From positions 48,401,847 through 48,465,846 of the forward strand of contig CP154954.1 in NCBI GenBank assembly GCA_039621445.1: a stretch of DNA of 64,000 bases, read 5' to 3'. Below, piece by piece: positions 13,101 to 25,100 of the stretch. Below the pieces are notes generated by a model. The model was not told the origin of the DNA and did no database searches. It worked only from the letters and a program-made list of their open reading frames with translations. The translations under genes and the position numbers were made by a program. The first letter of the stretch is position 1; each line of letters starts with the position of its first letter. The stretch is from Euglena gracilis. Its lineage: Eukaryota.

Positions 13101-16100
13101 CCCACCAGCCCGCCCACACCCGTGCTTTGGTGCTTGCAGCAGGCCAGCCCCAAAACGTCGGCAAATTATTCAAGAGGGGGCAGTGCAGGACGGGGGGTGG
13201 GGGTTGCTCGAAAGAACCAGGGGAGGGAGGGATCGCCCCACCCAGCCCACCCCAACCCGCACCGGCAGCCCGCCCTCGCCAGTTTTGCCAGCGGCGAAGG
13301 GGCTCGGCTGGCCGTCGCCTCCTCCTCCAGGCGCCCCTTCTCCGCCTCCATCTCGTGCAGCTGCTCCCGCAGCGCCACCATCTCCCGCGCCACGTCCGCC
13401 CCCTGCGAGTGCGACGCTGCCAGCAGCCCCTTCAGCTCCGCCACCTGCACCTCCACCGCCGACTGTCCCGCCGTGGCCTCCGCCAGCGCCGTGGTCAGCC
13501 GTGCACACTCCTCCCCCTGGGCCGCGAGCTGCCGCGCCATGTCCTGTGTCTGCTCCTCCGCTGCGCCGGCACCTGCCGGTCCAGCCAACCCCCCTCCCCA
13601 ACCATCCTCCAAAACCCTCAACTCCCACGCGGGCACGTTGTGGCCCTCAATCTCTATAGAAGCCCGTCTCCCCCCCCCCGCCGAGCCCCAGCAAACAACC
13701 TCCCAACGACCCCGGCACTCCCACCTGTCCCACAACGCGCGAGGGCACTCCGACCCCAACTTCCTCCCGTGGCAGCTCTGGCCGTCCCATGCCCCGCCCC
13801 CCCCCCTCCCCAAGCAGAAAATGTTGGGCCTTCGGCAGTGGATCACCACTCACGCATTGCGGCTAGCTGGACGGTGGGGAGTGGGTTTTGGGACGGGCGT
13901 GGCAAGGCACCCCATCCCTGGACCAGCAGGTGGTCAACTTTCGCTCCTTCCATCGCCTCGCACAAGCGACGCTGCTCCTCCGCCGCCTGCCCCTCCACCG
14001 CCGCAAGCGTCTGCCGAGCTGCTTCCGCCGCAGCGGCCATCTGCTCCTCCAGACCCGCCAGCTTGTCGCTCAGCAGTGCTGGCAGCCGGCCCCTTCACCC
14101 TTTGCACGTCCCCCCTGCGAGGTGCTGGAACCCACCGAGGGGCCACGTGAGGGCCTGCCCACTGCCCTGAGCCTGCTTTGAGCCCCACCCTCGCTGTGAC
14201 CGCCGGGGGACCCTGGGTCGCTTTTCGTTCAGGGGAAGCACCTCCCCCCCCCCACCAGCCCGCCCACACCCGTGCTTTGGTGCTTGCAGCAGGCCAGCCC
14301 CAAAACGTCGGCAAATTATTCAAGGGGGGGGCAGTGCAGGACGGGGGGCGGGGGTTGTTCGAAAGAACCAGGGGAGGGAGGGATCGCCCCCCCCCCCCCC
14401 ACCCAAACCCGCACCGGCAGCCCGCCCTCGCCAGTTTTGCCAGCGGCGAAGGGGCTCGGCTGGCCGTCGCCTCCTCCTCCAGGCGCCCCTTCTCCGCCTC
14501 CATCTCGTGCAGCTGCTCCCGCAGCGCCACCATCTCCCGCGCCACGTCCGCCCCCTGCGAGTGCGACGCTGCCAGCAGCCCCTTCAGCTCCGCCACCTGC
14601 GCCTCCACCGCCGACTGTCCCGCCGTGGCCTCCGCCAGCGCCGTGGTCAGCCGTGCACACTCCTCCCCCTGGGCCGCGAGCTGCCGTGCCATGTCCTGTG
14701 TCTGCTCCTCCGCTGCGCCGGCACCTGCCGGCCCAGCCAAACCCCCTCCCCAACCATCCGAGAGATGGCGTAAGTGGAGCCCCACAGTACCCCCACGGTA
14801 ACTGTGGGGTAAACCCACAACTCCACCCACACGTCACCCCACACTTCCTCCGGCCCCCACACTCCCCCCCCCCCCCCCACTGGCACCCCCACCACTTACC
14901 CCACACTCCACCACTGTCACGCCCACACTCCCCCCCACACGCCACCCCACTGTCACCCCCACACTTAACACCCCACGACTCCCACCCAATGTCAAACCCA
15001 CACCCCCCAACACTCCACCCCACTGTCCCCCCACTACCAACCACCACACTCACCCCCCTGGCCACCGCCCACAATTAACAACCCCACAAGCCCCCCATGT
15101 CACCCCACAGCCCCCCCCAACTCCCCCCCACTGTCACCCCCACACAGAACCCCCCCCGCTTTCCGTTGTTGTGTGAATGGAAATTGCCGAAGATCCCTTT
15201 GTATGGTTACGTACCAAGCCCAATTGATGTGCGCACTGTTCGGAGGGTTTGTCCAATTTTTTTGACTTTACTCGGCCGTCGGCCTCGTCGCGCCGCTGCC
15301 GTCGCCGCGTCCCGGGGGGTGGTAGCGGCCCCCGCCTCCCGCCCCCCTCCCCCAAGAACCAAAATAGCATCATCCCCTTGTGTGTGCAAGGCAAGGGGAA
15401 CAAATTCCATTTCATCGGATTTGGCACACTCCCCCCCACTGTCACCCCACACGTACCCCCCACACTCCCCCTCACTGTCACCCCACACTTACCCCCCACA
15501 CTCCCCCCCACTGTCACCCCCACACTCCCCCCCACACGCCCCCCCACTGTCCCCCCACACTTACCCCCCACACTCCCCCCCACTGTCACCCCACTCACTC
15601 CCCCCCCCACACTCCCCCCCACTGTCACCCCACACATACTCCCCACACTCCCCCCCCCACACTTACCCCCCACAGTACCCCACACTCGACTGTGGGGGCT
15701 CCACTTTATGCCATATGTGAACCATCCTCCAAAACCCTCAACTCCCACGCGGGCACGTTGTGGTCCTCAATCTCTATAGAAGCCCGTCTCCCCACCCCCG
15801 CCGAGCCCCAGCAAACAACCTCCCAACGACCCTGGCACTCCCACCTGTCCCACAACGCGCGAGGGCACTCCGACCCCCACCCCAACTTCCTCCCGTGGCA
15901 GCTCTGGCCGTCCCGTGCCCCCGCCCCTCCCCCCTCCCCAAGCAGAAAATGTTGGGCCCTCGGCAGTGGATCACCACTCACGCATTGCGGCTAGCTGGAC
16001 GGTGGGGAGTGGGTTTTGGGACGGGCGTGGCAAGGCACCCCATCCCTGGACCAGCAGGTGGTCAACTTTCGCTCCTTCCATCGCCTCGCACAAGCGACGC

Positions 16101-19100
16101 TGCTCCTCCGCCGCCTGCCCCTCCACCGCCGCAAGCGTCTGCCGAGCTGCTTCCGCCGCAGCGGCCATCTGCTCCTCCAGACCCGCCAGCTTGTCGCTCA
16201 GCAGTGCTGGCAGCCGGCCCCTTCACCCTTTGCACGTCCCCCCTGCGAGGTGCTGGAACCCACCGAGGGGCCACGTGAGGGCCTGCCCACTGCCCTGAGC
16301 CTGCTTTGAGCCCCACCCTCGCTGTGACCGCCGGGGGACCCTGGGTCGCTTTTCGTTCAGGGGAAGCACCCCCCCCCCCACCAGCCCGCCCACACCCGTG
16401 CTTTGGTGCTTGCAGCAGGCCAGCCCCAAAACGTCGGCAAATTATTCAAGGGGGGGCAGTGCAGGACGGGGGGCGGGGGTTGTTCGAAAGAACCAGGGGA
16501 GGGAGGGATCGCCCCACCCAGCCCACCCCAACCCGCACCGGCAGCCCGCCCTCGCCAGTTTTGCCAGCGGCGAAGGGGCTCGGCTGGCCGTCGCCTCCTC
16601 CTCCAGGCGTCCCTTCTCCGCCTCCATCTCGTGCAGCTGCTCCCGCAGCGCCACCACCATCTCCCGCGCCACGTCCGCCCCCTGCGAGGGCGAGGCGGCC
16701 AGCAGCGGCTTCAGCTGCGCCACCTGCGCCTCCACCGCAGACTGTCCCCGTGGCCTCCGCCAGCGCCGTGGTCAGCCGTGCACACTCCTCCCCCTGGGCC
16801 GCGAGCTGCCGCGCCATGTCCTGTGTCTGCTCCTCCGCTGCGCCGGCACCTGCCGGTCCAGCCAACCCCACCTCCCCAACCATTCTCCAAAACCCTCAAC
16901 TCCCACGCGGGCACGTTGTGGTCCTCAATCTCTATACAAGCCCGTCTCCCCACCCCCGCCGAGCCCCAGCAAACAACCTCCCAACGACCCCGGCACTCCC
17001 ACCTGTCCCACAACGCGCGAGGGCACTCCGACCCCCACCCCAACTTCCCCCCGTGGCAGCTCTGGCCGTCCCATGCCCCCGCCCCTCCCCCCTCCCCAAG
17101 CAGAAAATGTTGGGCCCTCGGCAGTGGATCACCACTCACGCATTGCGGCTAGCTGGACGGTGGGGAGCGGGTTTTGGGACGGGCGTGGCAAGGCACCCCA
17201 TCCCTGGACCAGCAGGTGGTCAACTTTCGCTCCTTCCATCGCCTCGCACAACCGACGCTGCTCCTCCGCCGCTTGCCCCTCCACCGCCGCAAGCGTCTGC
17301 CGAGCTGCTTCCGCCGCAGCGGCCATCTGCTCCTCCAGACCCGCCAGCTTGTCGCTCAGCAGTGCTGGCAGCCGGCCCCTTCACCCTTTGCACGTCCCCC
17401 CTGCGAGGTGCTGGAACCCACCGAGGGGCCACGTGAGGGCCTGCCCACTGCCCTGAGCCTGCTTTGAGCCCCACCCTCGCTGTGACCGCCGGGGGACCCT
17501 GGGTCGCTTTTCGTTCAGGGGAAGCACCCCACCAGCCCGCCCACACCCGTGCTTTGGTGCTTGCAGCAGGCCAGCCCCAAAACGTCGGCAAATTATTCAA
17601 GGGGGGGCAGTGCAGGACGGGGGGTGGGGGTTGCTCGAAAGAACCAGGGGAGGGAGGGATCGCCCCACCCAGCCCACCCCAACCCGCACCGGCAGCCCGC
17701 CCTCGCCAGTTTTGCCAGCGGCGAAGGGGCTCGGCTGGCCGTCGCCTCCTCCTCCAGGCGCCCCTTCTCCGCCTCCATCTCGTGCAGCTGCTCCCGCAGC
17801 GCCACCATCTCCCGCGCCACGTCCGCCCCCTGCGAGTGCGACGCTGCCAGCAGCCCCTTCAGCTCCGCCACCTGCGCCTCCACCGCCGACTGTCCCGCCG
17901 TGGCCTCCGCCAGCGACGTGGTCAGCCGTGCACACTCCTCCCCCTGGGCCGCGAGCTGCCGTGCTATGTCCTGTGTCTGCTCCTCCGCTGCGCCGGCACC
18001 TGCCGGTCCAGCCAACCCCCCTCCCCAACCATCCGAGAGATGGCGTAAAGTGGAGCCCCCACAGTACCCCACAGTACTGTGGGGTACCCCACACCCCCCC
18101 CCACTGTCAGCCCACACTTACCCCCCACACTCCCCCTCACTGTCACCCCACCCTTATCCCCCACCCTCCCCCCCACTGTCACCCCACCCTTACTTCCCAC
18201 ACTCCCCCCCACTGTCACCCCACCCTCCCCCCCACACTCCCCCCCACTGTCACCCCACACTTCCCCCCCACACTCCCCGCCACTGTCACCCCACCCTCCC
18301 CCCCACACTCCCCCCCACTGTCACCCCACACATACTCCCCACACTCCCCCCCACACTTACCCCCCACAGTACCCCACACTCGACTGTGGGGGCTCCACTT
18401 TATGCCATATGTGAACCATCCTCCAAAACCCTCAACTCCCACGCGGGCACGTTGTGGTCCTCAATCTCTATAGAAGCCCGTCTCCCCTCCCACCCCCGCC
18501 GAGCCCCAGCAAACAACCTCCCAAAGACCCTGGCACTCCCACCTGTCCCACAACGCGCGAGGGCACTCCGACCCCCACCCCAACTTCCTCCCGTGGCAGC
18601 TCTGGCCGTCCCATGCCCCCGCCCCTCCCCCCTCCCCAAGCAGAAAATGTTGGGCCCTCGGCAGTGGATCACCACTCACGCATTGCGGCTAGCTGGACGG
18701 TGGGGAGTGGGTTTTGGGACGGGCGTGGCAAGGCACCCCATCCCTGGACCAGCAGGTGGTCAACTTTCGCTCCTTCCATCACCTCGCACAACCGACGCTG
18801 CTCCTCCGCCGCCTGCCCCTCCACCGCCGCAAGCGTCTGCCGAGCTGCTTCCGCCGCAGCGGCCATCTGCTCCTCCAGACCCGCCAGCTTGTCGCTCAGC
18901 AGTGCTGGCAGCCGGCCCCTTCACCCTCTGCACGTCCCCCCTGCGAGGTGCTGGAACCCACCGAGGGGCCACGTGAGGGCCTGCCCACTGCCCTGAGCCT
19001 GCTTTGAGCCCCACCCTCGCTGTGACCGCCGGGGGACCCTGGGTCGCTTTTCGTTCAGGGGAAGCACCTCCCCCCCCCACCAGCCCGCCCACACCCGTGC

Positions 19101-22100
19101 TTTGGTGCTTGCAGCAGGCCAGCCCCAAAACGTCGGCAAATTATTCAAGGGGGGGCAGTGCAGGACGGGGGGGGGGGGGGTTGCTCGAAAGAACCAGGGG
19201 AGGGAGGGATCGCCCCACCCAGCCCACCTCAACATGCACCGGCAGCCCGCCCTCGCCAGTTTTGCCAGCGGCGAAGGGGCTCGGCTGGCCGTCGCCTCCT
19301 CCTCCAGGCGCCCCTTCTCCGCCTCCATCTCGTGCAGCTGCTCCCGCAGCGCCACCATCTCCCGCGCCACGTCCGCCCCCTGCGAGTGCGACGCTGCCAG
19401 CAGCCCCTTCAGCTCCGCCACCTGCGCCTCCACCGCCGACTGTCCCGCCGTGGCCTCCGCCAGCGCCGTGGTCAGCCGTGCACACTCCTCCCCCTGGGCC
19501 GCGAGCTGCCGCGCCATGTCCTGTGTCTGCTCCTCCGCTGCGCCGGCACCTGCCGGTCCAGCCAACCCCCCCTCCCCAACCATCCTCCAAAACCCTCAAC
19601 TCCCACGCGGGCACGTTGTGGTCCTCAATCTCTATACAAGCCCGTCTCCCCACCCCCACCGAGCCCCGGCAAACAACCTCCCAACGACCCCGGCACTCCC
19701 ACCTGTCCCACAACGCGCGAGGGCACTCCGACCCCCACCCCAACTTCCTCCTGTGGCAGCTCTGGCCGTCCCATGCCCCCGCCCCTGCCCCCTCCCCAAG
19801 CAGAAAATGTTGGGCCCTCGGCAGTGGATCACCGCTCACGCATTGCGGCTAGCTGGACGGTGGGGAGCGGGTTTTGGGACGGGCGTGGCAAGGCACCCCA
19901 TCCCTGGACCAGCAGGTGGTCAACTTTCGCTCCTTCCATCGCCTCGCACAACCGACGCTGCTCCTCCGCCGCTTGCCCCTCCACCGCCGCAAGCGTCTGC
20001 CGAGCTGCTTCCGCCGCAGCGGCCATCTGCTCCTCCAGACCCGCCAGCTTGTCGCTCAGCAGTGCTGGCAGCCGGCCCCTTCACCCTTTGCACGTCCCCC
20101 CTGCGAGGTGCTGGAACCCACCGAGGGGCCACGTGAGGGCCTGCCCACTGCCCTGAGCCTGCTTTGAGCCCCACCCTCGCTGTGACCGCCGGGGGACCCT
20201 GGGTCGCTTTTCGTTCAGGGGAAGCACCCCCAACAGCCCGCCCACACCCGTGCTTTGGTGCTTGCAGCAGGCCAGCCCCAAAACGTCGGCAAATTATTCA
20301 AGGGGGGGCAGTGCAGGACGGGGGGCGGGGGTTGTTCGAAAGAACCAGGGGAGGGAGGGATTGCCCCACCCAGCCCACCCCAACATGCACCGGCAGCCCG
20401 CCCTCGCCAGTTTTGCCAGCGGCGAAGGGGCTCGGCTGGCCGTCGCCTCCTCCTCCAGGCGTCCCTTCTCCGCCTCCATCTCGTGCAGCTGCTCCCGCAG
20501 CGCCACCATCTCCCGCGCCACGTCCGCCCCCTGCGAGTGCGACGCTGCCAGCAGCCCCTTCAGCTCCGCCACCTGCGCCTCCACCGCCGACTGTCCCGCC
20601 GTGGCCTCCGCCAGCGCCGTGGTCAGCCGTGCACACTCCTCCCCCTGGCCCGCGAGCTGCCGCGCCATGTCCTGTGTCTGCTCCTCCGCTGCGCCGGCAC
20701 CTGCCGGTCCAGCCAACCCCCCCTCCCCAACCATCCTCCAAAACCCTCAACTCCCACGCGGGCACGTTGTGGTCCTCAATCTCTATACAAGCCCGTCTCC
20801 CCACCCCCGCCGAGCCCCAGCAAACAACCTCCCAACGACCCCGGCACTCCCACCTGTCCCACAACGCGCGAGGGCACTCCGACCCCCACCCCAACTTCCT
20901 CCTGTGGCAGCTCTGGCCGTCCCATGCCCCCGCCCCTGCCCCCTCCCCAAGCAGAAAATGTTGGGCCCTCGGCAGTGGATCACCACTCACGCATTGCGGC
21001 TAGCTGGACGGTGGGGAGCGGGTTTTGGGACGGGCGTGGCAAGGCACCCCATCTCTGGCCCAGCAGGTGGTCAACTTTCGCTCCTTCCATCGCCTCGCAC
21101 AACCGACGCTGCTCCTCCGCCGCTGTCCCCTCCACCGCCGCAAGCGTCTGCCGAGCTGCTTCCGCCGCAGCGGCCATCTGCTCCTCCAGACCCGCCAGCT
21201 TGTCGCTCAGCAGTGCTGGCAGCCGGCCCCTTCACCCTTTGCACGTCCCCCCTGCGAGGTGCTGGAACCCACCGAGGGGCCACGTGAGGGCCTGCCCACT
21301 GCCCTGAGCCTGCTTTGAGCCCCACCCTCGCTGTGACCGCCGGGGGACCCTGGGTCGCTTTTCGTTCAGGGGAAGCACCCCCAACAGCCCGCCCACACCC
21401 GTGCTTTGGTGCTTGCAGCAGGCCAGCCCCAAAACGTCGGCAAATTATTCAAGGGGGGGCAGTGCAGGACGGGGGGCGGGGGTTGTTCGAAAGAACCAGG
21501 GGAGGGAGGGATTGCCCCACCCAGCCCACCCCAACATGCACCGGCAGCCCGCCCTCGCCAGTTTTGCCAGCGGCGAAGGGGCTCGGCTGGCCGTCGCCTC
21601 CTCCTCCAGGCGTCCCTTCTCCGCCTCCATCTCGTGCAGCTGCTCCCGCAGCGCCACCATCTCCCGCGCCACGTCCGCCCCCTGCGAGTGCGACGCTGCC
21701 AGCAGCCCCTTCAGCTCCGCCACCTGCGCCTCCACCGCCGACTGTCCCGCCGTGGCCTCCGCCAGCGCCGTGGTCAGCCGTGCACACTCCTCCCCCTGGG
21801 CCGCGAGCTGCCGCGCCATGTCCTGTGTCTGCTCCTCCGCTGCGCCGGCACCTGCCGGTCCAGCCAACCCCCCCTCCCCAACCATCCTCCAAAACCCTCA
21901 ACTCCCACGCGGGCACGTTGTGGTCCTCAATCTCTATACAAGCCCGTCTCCCCACCCCCGCCGAGCCCCAGCAAACAACCTCCCAACGACCCCGGCACTC
22001 CCACCTGTCCCACAACGCGCGAGGGCACTCCGACCCCCACCCCAACTTCCTCCCGTGGCAGCTCTGGCCGTCCCATGCCCCCGCCCCTGCCCCCTCCCCG

Positions 22101-25100
22101 AGCAAAGAAAATGTTGGGCCCTCGGCAGTGGATCACCACTCACGCATTGCGGCTAGCTGGACGGTGGGGAGCGGGTTTTGGGACGGGCGTGGCAAGGCAC
22201 CCCATCCCTGGACCAGCAGGTGGTCAACTTTCGCTCCTTCCATCGCCTCGCACAACCGACGCTGCTCCTCCGCCGCCTGCCCCTCCACCGCCGCAAGCGT
22301 CTGCCGAGCTGCTTCCGCCGCAGCGGCCATCTGCTCCTCCAGACCCGCCAGCTTGTCGCTCAGCAGTGCTGGCAGCCGGCCCCTTCACCCTTTGCACGTC
22401 CCCCCTGCGAGGTGCTGGAACCCACCGAGGGGCCACGTGAGGGCCTGCCCACTGCCCTGAGCCTGCTTTGAGCCCCACCCTCGCCGGGGGACCCTGGGTC
22501 GCTTTTCGTTCAGGGGAAGCACCCCCACCAGCCCGCCCACACCCGTGCTTTGGTGCTTGCAGCAGGCCAGCCCCAAAACGTCGGCAAATTATTCAAGGGG
22601 GGGGCAGTGCAGGACGGGGGGCGGGGGTTGTTCGAAAGAACCAGGGGAGGGAGGGATCGCCCCACCCAGCCCACCCCAACATGCACCGGCAGCCCGCCCT
22701 CGCCAGTTTTGCCAGCGGCGAAGGGGCTCGGCTGGCCGTCGCCTCCTCCTCCAGGCGTCCCTTCTCCGCCTCCATCTCGTGCAGCTGCTCCCGCAGCGCC
22801 ACCATCTCCCGCGCCATGTCCGCCCCCTGCGAGTGCGACGCTGCCAGCAGCCCCTTCAGCTCCGCCACCTGCGCCTCCACCGCCGACTGTCCCGCCGTGG
22901 CCTCCGCCAGCGCCGTGGTCAGCCGTGCACACTCCTCCCCCTGGGCCGCGAGCTGCCGCGCCATGTCCTGTGTCTGCTCCTCCGCTGCGCCGGCACCTGC
23001 CGGTCCAGCCAACCCCCCCTCCCCAACCATCCTCCAAAACCCTCAACTCCCACGCGGGCACGTTGTGGTCCTCAATCTCTATACAAGCCCGTCTCCCCAC
23101 CCCCGCCGAGCCCCAGCAAACAACCTCCCAACGACCCCAGCACTCCCACCTGTCCCACAACGCGCGAGGGCACTCCGACCCCCACCCCAACTTCCTCCTG
23201 TGGCAGCTCTGGCCGTCCCATGCCCCCGCCCCTGCCCCCTCCCCAAGCAGAAAATGTTGGGCCCTCGGCAGTGGATCACCACTCACGCATTGCGGCTAGC
23301 TGGACGGTGGGGAGCGGGTTTTGGGACGGGCGTGGCAAGGCACCCCATCTCTGGCCCAGCAGGTGGTCAACTTTCGCTCCTTCCATCGCCTCGCACAACC
23401 GACGCTGCTCCTCCGCCGCTTGCCCCTCCACCGCCGCAAGCGTCTGCCGAGCTGCTTCCGCCGCAGCGGCCATCTGCTCCTCCAGACCCGCCAGCTTGTC
23501 GCTCAGCAGTGCTGGCAGCCGGCCCCTTCACCCTTTGCACGTCCCCCCTGCGAGGTGCTGGAACCCACCGAGGGGCCACGTGAGGGCCTGCCCACTGCCC
23601 TGAGCCTGCTTTGAGCCCCACCCTCGCTGTGACCGCCGGGGGACCCTGGGTCGCTTTTCGTTCAGGGGAAGCACCCCCAACAGCCCGCCCACACCCGTGC
23701 TTTGGTGCTTGCAGCAGGCCAGCCCCAAAACGTCGGCAAATTATTCAAGGGGGGGCAGTGCAGGACGGGGGGCGGGGGTTGTTCGAAAGAACCAGGGGAG
23801 GGAGGGATTGCCCCACCCAGCCCACCCCAACATGCACCGGCAGCCCGCCCTCGCCAGTTTTGCCAGCGGCGAAGGGGCTCGGCTGGCCGTCGCCTCCTCC
23901 TCCAGGCGTCCCTTCTCCGCCTCCATCTCGTGCAGCTGCTCCCGCAGCGCCACCATCTCCCGCGCCACGTCCGCCCCCTGCGAGTGCGACGCTGCCAGCA
24001 GCCCCTTCAGCTCCGCCACCTGCGCCTCCACCGCCGACTGTCCCGCCGTGGCCTCCGCCAGCGCCGTGGTCAGCCGTGCACACTCCTCCCCCTGGGCCGC
24101 GAGCTGCCGCGCCATGTCCTGTGTCTGCTCCTCCGCTGCGCCGGCACCTGCCGGTCCAGCCAACCCCCCTCCCCAACCATCCTCCAAAACCCTCAACTCC
24201 CACGCGGGCACGTTGTGGTCCTCAATCTCTATACAAGCCCGTCTCCCCACCCCCGCCGAGCCCCAGCAAACAACCTCCCAACGACCCCGGCACTCCCACC
24301 TGTCCCACAACGCGCGAGGGCACTCCGACCCCCACCCCAACTTCCTCCCGTGGCAGCTCTGGCCGTCCCATGCCCCCGCCCCTCCCCCCTCCCCAAGCAG
24401 AAAATGTTGGGCCCTCGGCAGTGGATCACCACTCACGCATTGCGGCTAGCTGGACGGTGGGGAGCGGGTTTTGGGACGGGCGTGGCAAGGCACCCCATCC
24501 CTGGACCAGCAGGTGGTCAACTTTCGCTCCTTCCATCGCCTCGCACAACCGACGCTGCTCCTCCGCCGCCTGCCCCTCCACCGCCGCAAGCGTCTGCCGA
24601 GCTGCTTCCGCCGCAGCGGCCATCTGCTCCTCCAGACCCGCCAGCTTGTCGCTCAGCAGTGCTGGCAGCCGGCCCCTTCACCCTTTGCACGTCCCCCCTG
24701 CGAGGTGCTGGAAACCCACCGAGGGGCCACGTGAGGGCCTGCCCACTGCCCTGAGCCTGCTTTGAGCCCCACCCTCGCCGGGGGACCCTGGGTCGCTTTT
24801 CGTTCAGGGGAAGCACCCCCACCAGCCCGCCCACACCCGTGCTTTGGTGCTTGCAGCAGGCCAGCCCCAAAACGTCGGCAAATTATTCAAGGGGGGGGCA
24901 GTGCAGGACGGGGGGCGGGGGTTGTTCGAAAGAACCAGGGGAGGGAGGGATCGCCCCACCCAGCCCACCCCAACATGCACCGGCAGCCCTCGCCAGTTTT
25001 GCCAGCGGCGAAGGGGCTCGGCTGGCCGTCGCCTCCTCCTCCAGGCGTCCCTTCTCCGCCTCCATCTCGTGCAGCTGCTCCCGCAGCGCCACCATCTCCC

